The translations under genes and the position numbers were made by a program. A stretch of 64,000 nt of DNA from the NCBI GenBank assembly GCA_036382515.1, contig DASVHQ010000009.1, forward strand, positions 28,260 to 92,259. The letters are read 5' to 3'. Source of the stretch: Polyangiales bacterium (lineage in GTDB: Bacteria; Myxococcota_A; Polyangia; Polyangiales; JAFGIB01). Positions 29,482-40,031 of the stretch are shown piece by piece. The notes under the pieces are model-generated. The model was given only the letters and a program-made list of their open reading frames with translations. It was not told the origin of the DNA and did no database searches. Positions within the stretch are counted from its first letter, which is position 1. Each line of letters opens with the position of its first letter.

Positions 29482-31002
29482 TCACTGGACGCTCTCCCAG
29501 AAGGGTCGCAGCCGGCGGAGCGGATCGGCCTCGGCGATGCACGTCGCGCCAAGACGCATCGTCGTGCGCCGCTGCCGATCGAAGCGCTCCCAGCGCCCGA
29601 GCCTTTCGTGGCTCGGGTCACCCGTGCGCGCGAAGCTCGCCCAGGCATCGAGCGTGTAGCGCGACAGCCGGGCAGCCTCGGGCCCACCCCCGGAGAAAGC
29701 CCGACCGAACGGGCCCTCCACCGTGCCGAAGGCGAAGGGGATCTCGATGGCGTGGCAAGCGCCCATCTCACCGCCGAACAGCGGAGACGGCCACTCGAAC
29801 GAATACATGAACGTGTTCGGGTGGCAGCCGCTCTGTGCTTCAGCCAGCCGCAGCGCGGGGATGCGAAACATGCGATCGCCCTCGATCGCGCAGTAGATCT
29901 TCCACGCCGGCAGCGCCGGGCCGAGCACGCTGCGATACAAGTCGATCGCCTCGGCCGCCCGCCCCTCTAACCGTTTGTTGCAGATCTTGAGCAGCGCCGC
30001 CTCGTCGATCTCGCGCTTCTTGGGCTCGACCAAGAACAGGAAGTAGTTCCACTCGTCGAGGTTCGCTCCGACCATCAGATCCACGCCACGGGCGCTGCCG
30101 GCCACCACGCTCTCGAAGGGCGCCGGCAGGAAGTCGTCGTCCTGGACCGGGACCAAGGTCATCGAGCCTTGCGGCAGGCGTCGGCCGACGGGACCGCGCA
30201 GAATGGTTTCCTTCCAGCACGCACGCTGCGCCGCCACGATCTCGGCCGCGCTGGCGTTCCACAGCCGCTCGGGATGGCTCGCGCTGGCACCGACGCCGTG
30301 GAGCACGAGCTCCGCCATGCGCGAGGCTTGCTCGCGCGTGGTGGCGTGATGCGCAGCGCCACTCTGCGCGATCGCGCGACGGAACAGACCGCGCGCCTCG
30401 GGCGCCGCTAAGAGCGATCCAATGCTCATTGCGCCAGCGGACTCACCGAAGACCGTGACGTTCTGCGGATCGCCGCCAAAGTTGCCGATGTTGTCGCGCA
30501 CCCAGCGCAGCGCGGCAATCTGGTCGCGCATACCGTTGTTGGACGCGACATCGCTCGATCCGCCCAGCAGGTCGTTGAAGAAGCCAAAGCCCAGTGCGCC
30601 CAGGCGGTAGTTGATCGTCACAACGACCAGGTTGCCCCGCTCCGCCAGCGCTGCGCCGTCGTACAGCTCCTGTCCGCCGGAGCCGACGCTGAACCCACCG
30701 CCGTGGATCCAAACCATCACCGGGCGAGCCGCTCCATCGGCGGCAGGTGTCCAGACATTGAGGTAGAGGCAGTCCTCGCTCAGCTCGCCGAGGTCCTGCA
30801 TCAAGCCGACATCTTGTGGCGACGCCGGTCCAAAGCGGCGCGCGTCACGCGTGCCCGACCACGCGCCGATCTTCACAGGAGCACGCAAACGCAGATGCCC
30901 CACCGGAGGCTGCGCATACGGCACGCCTCGGAACACGCTCACGTGTGCCGAGGCCGGCTCCCCCTCGATCTTGCCCTGCTCGGTCCATGCGGTGCTCGCC
31001 AT
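29482..31002 (-). CDS. type-B carboxylesterase/lipase
   Basis: Trimmed to MASTAWTEQGKIEG...FRGVPYAQPPVG. Oxyanion HGGGF and nucleophile elbow FGESAGA. Confidence 0.85.
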   Translation of the reverse strand: MASTAWTEQGKIEGEPASAHVSVFRGVPYAQPPVGHLRLRAPVKIGAWSGTRDARRFGPASPQDVGLMQDLGELSEDCLYLNVWTPAADGAARPVMVWIHGGGFSVGSGGQELYDGAALAERGNLVVVTINYRLGALGFGFFNDLLGGSSDVASNNGMRDQIAALRWVRDNIGNFGGDPQNVTVFGESAGAMSIGSLLAAPEARGLFRRAIAQSGAAHHATTREQASRMAELVLHGVGASASHPERLWNASAAEIVAAQRACWKETILRGPVGRRLPQGSMTLVPVQDDDFLPAPFESVVAGSARGVDLMVGANLDEWNYFLFLVEPKKREIDEAALLKICNKRLEGRAAEAIDLYRSVLGPALPAWKIYCAIEGDRMFRIPALRLAEAQSGCHPNTFMYSFEWPSPLFGGEMGACHAIEIPFAFGTVEGPFGRAFSGGGPEAARLSRYTLDAWASFARTGDPSHERLGRWERFDRQRRTTMRLGATCIAEADPLRRLRPFWESVQ

Positions 31003-31086
31003 GCGCGAAGTTGTTTCACGAAGCCGACCGGACGCCAAGCGTGGCCGCGCTGCACCGCCGGGCGAGTCTGGGTGTAGGCTTCTGGC

Positions 31087-32586
31087 ATGCCTTTCGAACT
31101 GCTCGACCGACCGGGTGACTACATCGACGGCCGCTTCTGTGTGCCCGCCGCCGCAGACGGCGAGCTGCGCATCGCGAGCCCGGCCGACCTCCGCGACGTG
31201 ACCGCCGTCCATCCCTATTCCAACGCCGCCGTGCACGCCGCCGTGGATGCCGCTCGGCGCGCTTTCCCCAGCTGGCGTCGCGTGGCGCAGAGCGAACGCG
31301 CGCAGTGGCTGCGCCGCTATCAAGCGCAGCTGCGCGCGCACAAGCCCGAACTCTCGCAGCTGCTGGTGCGCGAGGTCGGAAAGCCCGCGTGGGAAGCCGC
31401 GACCGAAGTCGACGCGATGATCACCAAGGTCGACGTGATGCTCGACGAAGGGGCGAGCTACACGGCCGACCGCACGCTCGACGATCTGCCGGGTGAGATC
31501 CGCTACAAGCCACACGGCGTAGTCGCGGTGATCGGACCGTTCAACTTCCCGGGGCATCTGCCCAACGGACAGATCATCCCGGCGTTACTCTTGGGCAACA
31601 CGGTCGTACACAAGCCGAGCGAGCGCACGCCCAGCCTGGCCACCTGGATGGCCCGCTGCTTCCACGAAGCCGGCCTGCCTGCCGGTGTGTTCAACGTCGT
31701 GCAAGGCGTGGGCAGCGCCGGCGCGACGCTCGCCGAGCATCCGGAGGTCGACGGGGTCATGTTCACGGGCTCCGTGGCCGTGGGCCGACGCATCCTGGCG
31801 AGCCAAGCACAGCGACTGGACCGGCTGATCGCACTCGAACTCGGCGGCAAGAACACGGCTGTCGTGCTCGACGACTGCGACCTCGAGCGCGCGGCACGCG
31901 CCATCGCGTTCGCCGCATTCGTGACGGCCGGTCAGCGCTGCACAGCCACGTCCCGGGTGGTCGTCGCCGCGGGCGTCGCGGACGCGCTGCTCGACCGGTT
32001 ATCGCAACTTGCCCGCACGCTGCAGGTCGGCTACCCGCTGCATGCCGAGATCTTCATGGGGCCCCTGATCTCCGACGCGGCGCAAGATCGCTTGCTCGCG
32101 GCCCAAGCGAGTGCGCGCACGGCGGGGTTCTCGGCCGTGGTGGAAGGCGGCCCAGCGAGCATCGCCGGGTACCAGGGGCACTACGTCCGCCCGGCGATCC
32201 ACGTGGCACCCGGCCCCAAGGCGGCCGCTCCTGGCTACCGGGACGAAGAGCTGTTTGGGCCAGATCTCGCGGTGTACGTGGTACCGGACGCCGACGCCGC
32301 CATCGAGATCGCGAACGATACACGCTTCGGGCTCGCCGCTTCCGTCTTCACGTGCTCACGTCCGGCGTTCGAGCACGTTGCCGATGGCCTGCGCGTGGGC
32401 GTGCTGCAGTGGAACCGCTCCACCGCGGGCGCCAGCGGCCGGCTGCCCTTCGGAGGTATCAAAGACAGCGGTAACCACAGGCCGGCTGGTATCATGGCAG
32501 GCACGTCATGCACGTACGCTCAGGCCGTACAGCTTCCAGGCCCCGCGGACGAAGCGCTGCCCTCCTGGCCAGGCCTTCGACCCTGA
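31087..32586 (+). CDS. NAD-dependent aldehyde dehydrogenase (AstD-like)
   Basis: GKPAWEAATEVDAM, LELGGKN and catalytic FVTAGQRCTA motifs. 499 aa. Confidence 0.85.
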   Translation: MPFELLDRPGDYIDGRFCVPAAADGELRIASPADLRDVTAVHPYSNAAVHAAVDAARRAFPSWRRVAQSERAQWLRRYQAQLRAHKPELSQLLVREVGKPAWEAATEVDAMITKVDVMLDEGASYTADRTLDDLPGEIRYKPHGVVAVIGPFNFPGHLPNGQIIPALLLGNTVVHKPSERTPSLATWMARCFHEAGLPAGVFNVVQGVGSAGATLAEHPEVDGVMFTGSVAVGRRILASQAQRLDRLIALELGGKNTAVVLDDCDLERAARAIAFAAFVTAGQRCTATSRVVVAAGVADALLDRLSQLARTLQVGYPLHAEIFMGPLISDAAQDRLLAAQASARTAGFSAVVEGGPASIAGYQGHYVRPAIHVAPGPKAAAPGYRDEELFGPDLAVYVVPDADAAIEIANDTRFGLAASVFTCSRPAFEHVADGLRVGVLQWNRSTAGASGRLPFGGIKDSGNHRPAGIMAGTSCTYAQAVQLPGPADEALPSWPGLRP

Positions 32587-32710
32587 AGTGCAAAACGTTC
32601 ACACGCACTCGGAAATCCGTCTGTGCACAGGCGACCACAGTGCAGGAAGCCGGCTGAAGACCGAACGGAACACGGTAGTGCCGGCCCAGGCCCAGACCAG
32701 AGCGTGCCCC

Positions 32711-33376
32711 ATGCGAGAGATTCCCCTCATGCATCCCCGGCGGCGACCCCGCCAAGCCCGAGCCCAGGCCACGGTCGATGCCATCGTCCAAGCCACAGCG
32801 CGGGTCCTGATCGAAGACGGCTACGACCGTGCCAGCACCAACCGCATTGCCCAGGCGGCTGGTGTGAGCATCGGATCGCTGTACCAGTACTTCCCAAGCA
32901 AGGAAGCCCTGGTTGCAGCCTTGGTCGAAGAGCACGTGCACCGCATGCTCGACATGGTGACGATCGCGCTCGATCACGAGAGCCAAGAGAACCTGCCCGA
33001 GAGCACGCGCGTGCTGGTGAACGCCCTGATCGCCGCCTACCGGCTCGATCCGAAACTGCACCACGTGCTGTGCCAGGAGGTCCCGAAGATCGGCGAACTC
33101 AAGCGCATCTACGACTTCGAGGAGAAGCTGGCCGAGCGTATCCGCCACTACCTCACGTCGCTGCACCACCAGATTCGCCACCAGAGCATCGACCGCGCGG
33201 TGTTCCTGCTCGTGAACGCTATCCCGAGCGTGATCCGCGCCGCCATCGAGACCGATCCCGAAGCGAGCAGCGACGTCAGCTTGGCCAACGAGCTGACGGA
33301 CATGATTCTGCGCTATCTCGTGTACGTGCCCTCGAGCGAGTCGGGCAGCTACAAGATCGCGAAACTGTCCGCGTAA
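32711..33376 (+). CDS. TetR-family transcriptional regulator
   Basis: HTH STNRIAQAAGVSIGSLYQYFPSKEAL. The ORF is trimmed from 32111; ATG 32729 is an alternative start. Confidence 0.85.
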   Translation: MREIPLMHPRRRPRQARAQATVDAIVQATARVLIEDGYDRASTNRIAQAAGVSIGSLYQYFPSKEALVAALVEEHVHRMLDMVTIALDHESQENLPESTRVLVNALIAAYRLDPKLHHVLCQEVPKIGELKRIYDFEEKLAERIRHYLTSLHHQIRHQSIDRAVFLLVNAIPSVIRAAIETDPEASSDVSLANELTDMILRYLVYVPSSESGSYKIAKLSA

Positions 33377-33502
33377 CCCAACGCCGCAGCTGTCAGGCGG
33401 TCACTACGGGCCTCGCTGGTTCCAACGAACCGCGAGGCCTTCGTGTTTGTGTGTGGCTGTGTTTCCGTGCGGCGCGCTCCGGGGCAACGCGCGAAACCGC
33501 GC

Positions 33503-35263
33503 CTACAGGCGCAGTCGCCCCGTGCTGATCGCGTCGTGCAGCGACGCATCGAGCAGCACGTACTCCTGCCGCTCGGGGTGCAGGAAGTACAGCGGATCGG
33601 GCACGGTGCGCGGGTCGAAGCCTTCCTTCTGCAGGTCGTTCTTCTTCAGCTTGAAGGTGCCCGTCGTCTGCAGCTCCGGCATGACGCGCACGAACAGCGG
33701 CCGCGCATAGCTCGGCAGCGCGCTCGCCACGTGATCCTTGAACGCGCGGGCATCAAAGGTCTGATGCGGCCCGAGCACCACTGCAGCCATGCCGGCGCGC
33801 CCTTCCGTTCCTTGAACCTGCACGCCGTAGACGTTCACCTCGCTGGCGGGCGGCCACTTCGAGATCTGCTCTTGCACCTCGAAAGTCGCGACGTTTTCGC
33901 CCTTCCAGCGGAACGTGTCTCCGAGGCGATCCATGAAGAAGAGGTTGCCCATGCGGTCGGCGCGAAGCAGGTCGCCGGTGTTGAACCAGGCGTCGCCCTT
34001 GTCGAACGCGTCACGCACGATCTTCTTTTCGCTCGCAGCCTTGTCCTGGTAGCCGTCGAACTCGCCGCGCGGGCGGATCTTGCCGAGCAAGATGCCCGAC
34101 TCGCCCGCCTTTGCCTTCACGCAGAAACCGCGCGAATCGCGGATGAAGCTTTGCCTGGCCTCGTCCCAGCGCGCCAGTGTCATGCCCGGCAGGAGCCGGC
34201 CCACCGACCCGACGGTATTGAACAGGTTGATCGTGATGCAGTTGCCCTCGGTGGCGCCGTAGAATTCCGCGACACGCGCGACGCCGAAGCGCTGCTGAAA
34301 CGCTTCCCAGATGTCGGGGCGCAGGCCATTGCCCGTCACGACGCGGACCTTGTGATCGCGATCGCGCGGCGAAGGGTCGGCGTTCATCAGGTAGCGACAC
34401 AGCTCACCGATGTAGATGAATGACGTCGCGCCCGACTCGCGAACCTCGTCCCAGAAGCGCGAGCGCGAGAACTTGCGAGAAAGCGCCAGGGTCACGCCGG
34501 CCGTGATCACGCTGCTGGTGGCCAGAATCACCGCGTTGCTGTGGTAGAGCGGCAGGCAGTTGTAGTGCACGTCGTTTGGGCCGTAGCGCAGGGCCGCGCC
34601 GGACCACACGCGCCCGCCGCGAAAGAGGCGGTGATGGCGCACCACGGCCGCCTTGGGCAAGCCCGTGGTGCCGCTGGTGTAGATGTACGCTGCCTGGTCC
34701 TGCAGCGTGTGCGTGCCTGTCTCGACCGGGTTCGCGCTGGACGCGTCCTGCAGGTGCGTGGACCACAGCGGCACATCGACGGCACACGGCTCATCGACAT
34801 CCATGTCGACGTCGACGGCGCCGGGCGCGACATCCGCCAGCTGCGCACGGATCTCAGCGAAGCGCGGCCAGATTTCCGAGCCCACGATCACCCGACTCGG
34901 CACGCAGATGCGAATCGCATGGGCCAGGAGGTCGCCTTGGCCGTGCGTGTTGATCAGGCTCGAGACGGCGCCGAGCTTGTGCAGCGCAAACATGTGCCAC
35001 AGGAACTCGGGGCGGTTCTCCATCGCCAGCGCGACGACGTCGCCCTTACGTACGCCTAGCTTCTTGTAGGCGTCCGCATGCTGGTTGATCAGCGCGTTGC
35101 CCTGCGCGTACGTGTACCGCCGCTCACCGAAGATCAGCAGCAGCTGCTGCGGACGCCGCTCGGCGTGCCGTTCGAGCTGCAGCGCGATGGTCTGATTGCT
35201 GGTGGGGCTGTAGAGCGCGAAGCCCTGGATGAGCTTGAGCGTGCGCTCGATGGCGTAGAGCAT
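33503..35263 (-). CDS. FATP-like (very-)long-chain acyl-CoA synthetase
   Basis: AMP-binding motif YIYTSGTTGLPKAAV, later FNTGDLLRAD...GDTFRWKGENV. 586 aa. Confidence 0.85.
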   Translation of the reverse strand: MLYAIERTLKLIQGFALYSPTSNQTIALQLERHAERRPQQLLLIFGERRYTYAQGNALINQHADAYKKLGVRKGDVVALAMENRPEFLWHMFALHKLGAVSSLINTHGQGDLLAHAIRICVPSRVIVGSEIWPRFAEIRAQLADVAPGAVDVDMDVDEPCAVDVPLWSTHLQDASSANPVETGTHTLQDQAAYIYTSGTTGLPKAAVVRHHRLFRGGRVWSGAALRYGPNDVHYNCLPLYHSNAVILATSSVITAGVTLALSRKFSRSRFWDEVRESGATSFIYIGELCRYLMNADPSPRDRDHKVRVVTGNGLRPDIWEAFQQRFGVARVAEFYGATEGNCITINLFNTVGSVGRLLPGMTLARWDEARQSFIRDSRGFCVKAKAGESGILLGKIRPRGEFDGYQDKAASEKKIVRDAFDKGDAWFNTGDLLRADRMGNLFFMDRLGDTFRWKGENVATFEVQEQISKWPPASEVNVYGVQVQGTEGRAGMAAVVLGPHQTFDARAFKDHVASALPSYARPLFVRVMPELQTTGTFKLKKNDLQKEGFDPRTVPDPLYFLHPERQEYVLLDASLHDAISTGRLRL

Positions 35264-35478
35264 GTGAACTTCCTCGTGGCTTCCCGCGGCCGTTCCGCCG
35301 ACCCTGGCGGCCCCGCAACGGGCGAAACCTGTAACACAGATTCGCTGGCTCGCGGCACCCCCCGACGCCAGGTTGGAACGATCGACGCGCCAGCGCCGGC
35401 CAGTCCGGTGTGGCCAGACGGGGCGGCCTGGGCGTATGCTCCGACGGTCGAGCCGTTGCTCGCTCGGGAGGCCCGCGG

Positions 35479-36987
35479 ATGACTCGCTTCTGCCGCTTAG
35501 CGCTTGCTTTTGCAGCTCTTTCAGCCATGTGCGGCCCGGTCTCGGGCTGCGCGTTCCTCGACGATTTCAGCAAGTTCAAGGCCAAGCAGCCCGCCGCAGA
35601 CGCCGGCAACGGGGACGCTGGTGGCGGCAGCGCAATGGCCGATGGCTCGACCGCTGATGCGGGCGCGGACGCGGCGCCCGCCGACCCCTGCGCGAGTGTG
35701 AAGTGCACCAAGCTCGACGGCCCCTGCACGAAGGGCGTGTGCAAGGCAGGCAAGTGCAGCGCGGTGCCGATCAACGAGGGCAACAGCTGCGCGGCCGGCA
35801 AGTGCACCGACAGCCCGGTCTGTACCGCCGGCGAGTGCAAGGGCACCGCCAAGGACTGCACAGCGATGGACACCGACTGCCAAAAAGGCGTGTGTGACGC
35901 GCAGACCGGCAGCTGCGGCTCTACGAACATCAACGAAGGCGGCAGCTGCAGCGACGGCGACGCCTGCACCACGAGCGACAGCTGCACAGCTGGCGCGTGC
36001 GCGGGCACGACAGTCGATTGCTCGAAGTTCACCGACACGTGCTTGGTTGGAGCGTGCGACCCGGGCACGGGCGATTGTGTGGCCAACGTCGCGCCCGACC
36101 ACACCACCTGCGACGACAGGCAAGTGTGTACCACGGCGAGCGAGTGCAGCTCCGGCAACTGCGTGGGCACGGTCAACGCGCCGCTGACGACCGCGTGCAA
36201 CGACTACAACGACTGCACCGGCACCACGCAAAAACCTGACCACTGCGACGGCTCCGGCAACTGCACCAGCGGTGACAACGTCACTGCGGGCACCGCGTGC
36301 GACGACAACAACGACTGCACTGGCCCAGCCGCCAGCGACAAGTGCGATGGCGCGGGGAAATGCAGCGGCGCCAGCGTCGCCAATGGCACGGCCTGCCAGA
36401 CGCAGTGCCGCACGGCAGCCACCTGCGTCGCCGGCGAGTGCCACGACGCGAAAGGCAAAAGCTCGTTCAACCCCCAGTGCACGTTCAACTGGTGTGGCAA
36501 CGAGAAGCTCTGCGACGTCACATATAAGAACGACGGCACGTGCGACTGCGGCTGCAACGCTCTCTTCGACGACAGTGCAGACTGCAACCCGTGCAGCGCA
36601 CAGATGTGCACCTCGAAGGACGCCGTGGATCCTGACCACCCTTCGCGCACCACGGCACACGTCGGCGCGCAGCAATGTGACAGCTCGACCGGCGCAGCTC
36701 GTACAGACTGCCCGGTCAGCTACAAGACCAACGGTCAATGCGACTGCGGGTGCCAGTTCGTGGACCCCGAGTGCAGCGGCGGTAACTGCTGCATGGACGG
36801 CACCGGCAGCGCGGGCGCACCGGACCGTGTGGGCTGTGCGGACGTCTTCGTCCAGGAGTGCGTGTGCAGCAGCTTCCCGTACCACGACCCATTCTGCTGC
36901 GATCGCGATCCGAACACCGGCGGCGGGCACTGGGACGCGACGTGCGCGGCGGAGGCCACCGCACTGGGCTGCGCGGTCTGCCCGTAG
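35479..36987 (+). CDS. large Cys-rich secreted lipoprotein
   Basis: Trimmed to MTRFCRLALAFAALSAMCGPVSGC, then many C-x-x-G-x-C / D-x-C-T repeats (CTKGVCKAGKC, CQKGVCDAQTGSC, CLVGACDPGTGDC). Confidence 0.65.
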   Translation: MTRFCRLALAFAALSAMCGPVSGCAFLDDFSKFKAKQPAADAGNGDAGGGSAMADGSTADAGADAAPADPCASVKCTKLDGPCTKGVCKAGKCSAVPINEGNSCAAGKCTDSPVCTAGECKGTAKDCTAMDTDCQKGVCDAQTGSCGSTNINEGGSCSDGDACTTSDSCTAGACAGTTVDCSKFTDTCLVGACDPGTGDCVANVAPDHTTCDDRQVCTTASECSSGNCVGTVNAPLTTACNDYNDCTGTTQKPDHCDGSGNCTSGDNVTAGTACDDNNDCTGPAASDKCDGAGKCSGASVANGTACQTQCRTAATCVAGECHDAKGKSSFNPQCTFNWCGNEKLCDVTYKNDGTCDCGCNALFDDSADCNPCSAQMCTSKDAVDPDHPSRTTAHVGAQQCDSSTGAARTDCPVSYKTNGQCDCGCQFVDPECSGGNCCMDGTGSAGAPDRVGCADVFVQECVCSSFPYHDPFCCDRDPNTGGGHWDATCAAEATALGCAVCP

Positions 36988-36999
36988 CGCGAAGGGAAA

Positions 37000-37019
37000 C
37001 CGCCACGATCACGTGGCGG
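37000..37019. terminator. GC hairpin CCGCCACG-atca-CGTGGCGG between convergent genes
   Basis: Perfect 8-bp stem. On the minus strand it is followed by TTTCCCTTC, so it could end the 37151..39055 transcript. It lies 13 nt after the stop of 35479..36987. Confidence 0.35.
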
Positions 37020-37150
37020 CAACGTAGACGCGAGCAGCGCGTGCTGCGCTGAGTTCATGACGCGTTCACGCGTCGCGCAGACTCGCGCTGCCACGCGGCA
37101 CACTCGCGCCGTGCCACCCACCAGCGATCCATGCCGAGCGCAGCGATCGA

Positions 37151-39055
37151 CTACTCTGGCAGGCGAGTCCGCTTCTGCTCTTCGAGCAAACCGAGCCCAA
37201 TCGCCATGGCCTTGCGCACGCGCTCGAGGATCTCGTCATCACTCTTGAGCTTCGCCTGTGCCCGCTCGAACTCGGAGCTCACAGCGGAGAGTCGCTGCGC
37301 CTTGTCGTCGCGGTCGCCGGTCACGCTGCGCAGTTGCTGCTCGGCGTGGTTCCGCGCGGTCTCAGTCTCTTCGTGCCGCTCTTCGAGCAGCGCGTAGCGC
37401 GACTCGGACTCCGAGAGCGCCTTGCCGACGCGCGCCATGTCCTGCTTGTGCTTGTCGGTCTGCTCGGCCAGCTCCGCGCCGTGCTTCTGCGACAACTGCT
37501 CACGCGTGGTGCGCAGCTCGTTCTCGTGGGCAGCGAGTGCCGCCGCGAGCTCCGCCTTGTGTGCGCCAGCCTGATCGGCCAGCTTTGCTTCTTGCTCGGC
37601 CTTCAGCTGCGCACGCAGCTCTTCCAGCTCGCTGCGCTTGCGCTGCTCCGCGCGCTCCGCCGCCGCTTTCTGGGCGACCACATGTTCTTCGCGAAGCTCG
37701 GACAGCTCCTCGGCGTGCGCGCGCTGTTGCGCAGCCAGCGCGTGCTGCTGCGCTTCCTTCTGCTTCTCACTCGCAACCGCGTGCTCAGCCCGTAGCTTGG
37801 CAAGCGCATCTGCGTGGCTGCTGCGCAGCTCCTCGAGGTCCAGCTGCTGCTGGGCCTTGATGCCGTCGAGCTCGCCGCCGAGCTCCTTGACCTTCAGGTC
37901 GCTGCGCTCCAGCCGCGCCTTCATGTCGTCCAGGCGCTTCTTCGAGCTTTCCTTGTCGGTCGTGAGCGCGGCGACGATCTCGCTCTTCTTCTCGACCTCG
38001 CGCTGCAGCTCCGCTGCCTTGTCGTGCGTGTCCTGCAGCTCGCGCTCGACCACCAGGCTCTTGTCACTCGACTCGATCAGCTGCTTATCGCGCGCGGTCA
38101 CCTGGTCGCGCAGATCGAGCAGCTCACGATCCTTGCGATTGAGCTGCTCACGCAAGTCGAGCAGCTCGCGACTGGACACGCCGCCTGTCTTCTTCGCGGC
38201 GTCCAGCGCCTTCTCTGCGCCCGATGCGCGTTGCTCCGCGACGGTCGCGCGCTTGTCGGCGGCCTGCGTCTTCTGCTCCGCGGCCGCGAGCTCGCGCTTC
38301 CACCGCTCGAGTTCCGCCGTGTGCGCCGCGCTGGGTTCCGCGGGTGCGGTGCTCATGCGCGGCGCCGGGGCCACGCGTTCGGCAGCCGCGACAGAAGCAC
38401 GCGGTGCGGGCGCAACCGGCTCTGCCGCGGGCGTGACCTGCGGCGCAGCCGGCTCATCACCGAGCACAAGCGATTCCAGCGCCTGGTCCGCAAACTCGTC
38501 CACCGCGGTCGTGACCTGCGGGGCAGCCTGCACGGCGGCGGCCACCGGTGGTGCGGCCGGCGCGGTCGCTTCCGGCTCGAGCTCCGCCTCGGTTTCGTCG
38601 GAGATCACGATCACGTCCTCTTCGACAGCGTCGTCGATCTCGATCGTTTCCTCTTCGGGCTCGGCCGCGCCTGCGCCGTTACTCTCGGGCACGAACCGCT
38701 TCACGCGCTCGAGCAGCTCGGCAAATGCAATCGGCTTACGAACGTATTCGTCGGCACGGGTGCGCAGCTTCTTGTGCTGCTCGAAGGTCTCCTCGTCGAC
38801 TTCGCTCGACAAGATAACCAGCGGCACGTTCTCGAGCTCGGCCGTCTTCTTGATCTTCTTGCAGACCAGGAACCCGTTCATGCCGGGTAGCTCGATGGTC
38901 AGCAGGATCAGATCGGGCTTGTTGCCCTGCGCGATCTCGAGACCCGACGGCCCATCGCTCGCGATATCGACCTGTGCACCTAAGCGCTCGAAGCTCGTCT
39001 TGACTTCACCGGCGAAGCTCGCGTCGCTCTCGAAAAAAAGAATGCGCTGGCTCAT
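37151..39055 (-). CDS. FrzS-like pseudo-receiver plus long coiled-coil protein
   Basis: N-terminal CheY-like fold (ILFFESD...PDLILLTIELPGMNG...ADEYVRKP) with Thr where the phospho-accepting Asp is expected. About 400 aa of heptad-rich E/K/A/L/Q sequence follows. Confidence 0.75.
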   Translation of the reverse strand: MSQRILFFESDASFAGEVKTSFERLGAQVDIASDGPSGLEIAQGNKPDLILLTIELPGMNGFLVCKKIKKTAELENVPLVILSSEVDEETFEQHKKLRTRADEYVRKPIAFAELLERVKRFVPESNGAGAAEPEEETIEIDDAVEEDVIVISDETEAELEPEATAPAAPPVAAAVQAAPQVTTAVDEFADQALESLVLGDEPAAPQVTPAAEPVAPAPRASVAAAERVAPAPRMSTAPAEPSAAHTAELERWKRELAAAEQKTQAADKRATVAEQRASGAEKALDAAKKTGGVSSRELLDLREQLNRKDRELLDLRDQVTARDKQLIESSDKSLVVERELQDTHDKAAELQREVEKKSEIVAALTTDKESSKKRLDDMKARLERSDLKVKELGGELDGIKAQQQLDLEELRSSHADALAKLRAEHAVASEKQKEAQQHALAAQQRAHAEELSELREEHVVAQKAAAERAEQRKRSELEELRAQLKAEQEAKLADQAGAHKAELAAALAAHENELRTTREQLSQKHGAELAEQTDKHKQDMARVGKALSESESRYALLEERHEETETARNHAEQQLRSVTGDRDDKAQRLSAVSSEFERAQAKLKSDDEILERVRKAMAIGLGLLEEQKRTRLPE

Positions 39056-39203
39056 CCCGCTCCTCTGGGTGTCGGAACACGCGGCACGTGGCCAACATCA
39101 CGGAATTGCAAGGATAGTGGCGCGGCTTCTGCAGTGTCAACGACAACGCGTCGGATCGGTGCAAAAGCAGCGCGCCTAGGCGCAGCAGACAACCCGATCG
39201 GCG

Positions 39204-40031
39204 TCAGTAAGGGATGCGCGCAGTGGCCACCAGGCGTAGCAAGCTCTTCTGATCCAGGTCACCGGTGAACGCGTAGACGATACCGTTCTGCTCCATGATC
39301 GGCACCGTGTAGCCCTGTAGGGTCTGGTAGGTGACGTCGCGATCACCCACGTGTACGTGGTGCGCGCCGCGACGGCCGAGCTCCCCCTCCGCGCTGAGCG
39401 CGTGTGCCAGGCTCCCATCGGGCTTGAACGCCACGATCGTGAGCCGACTGTCGCCTACGCTGTAATAGAGCTTGGCAGCTTGATGCGGACCGACCTGCGA
39501 GACGCGGGCGCCGAGAAAATGCACGCTCGGCTCACCGAACTCCACCGAACGCACGCGAAAGCCGACCTTGTCGCGGAACCAGCTGGTTGCTTGCTCGGGG
39601 ACTTGCGTGCTGATCTCGGTGGGCAGCTCGTCTTTGTGACGATCGACCACGTCGCGCACGATGTCGAGTGCAGGCGCCATGCCGGCCATTTCCACGCGAC
39701 CGGCATCGGTGCCGAGCACGGAGCCCAAGACCAGCAACACCGACGCCGCGACCGCTGCGACCGTCATCCAAACGTGACCGGGCTGCCGCTCGTCCTCGTC
39801 CACGCGCACGGCTGCAAGCGCATCGCTGACACGCAGCCGCAAGTGACCCGGCGCAGGCGCAGGCACCGCCAGCTGCGCTTGGAGCTCACCCTTGAGCGCG
39901 CGCAGAAACGCGAGATCTTCGGCGCACGCGGCACACGTCAAAAGGTGCTGCTCGATCTCGAGCATGGGGCTCGGCTCGAGCTCGGCGTCGACGAATGCCG
40001 ACAGATGCTTCTCGACCAACTTGCAGTCCAT
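39204..40031 (-). CDS. anti-sigma factor (ZAS type), single TM, periplasmic domain
   Basis: HLLTCAACAED (HxxxCxxC) and TM VAAVAASVLLVLGSVL. The start shares one base with the upstream sigma stop (TGATG). Confidence 0.75.
   Translation of the reverse strand: MDCKLVEKHLSAFVDAELEPSPMLEIEQHLLTCAACAEDLAFLRALKGELQAQLAVPAPAPGHLRLRVSDALAAVRVDEDERQPGHVWMTVAAVAASVLLVLGSVLGTDAGRVEMAGMAPALDIVRDVVDRHKDELPTEISTQVPEQATSWFRDKVGFRVRSVEFGEPSVHFLGARVSQVGPHQAAKLYYSVGDSRLTIVAFKPDGSLAHALSAEGELGRRGAHHVHVGDRDVTYQTLQGYTVPIMEQNGIVYAFTGDLDQKSLLRLVATARIPY

Noticed and set aside
35521-36930. Very long ORFs antisense to annotated genes (e.g. 35521..36930 -, 35124..36200 -, 37638..39179 +, 24197..26149 +, 19924..20964 -, 20888..21976 -, 43061..43933 -, 45135..46718 +, 62234..63721 +)
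   Set aside because: Their translations are Arg/Ala/Gly/Ser-rich low-complexity sequences, typical of spurious open frames in GC-rich DNA. The opposite strand encodes proteins with clear family motifs.
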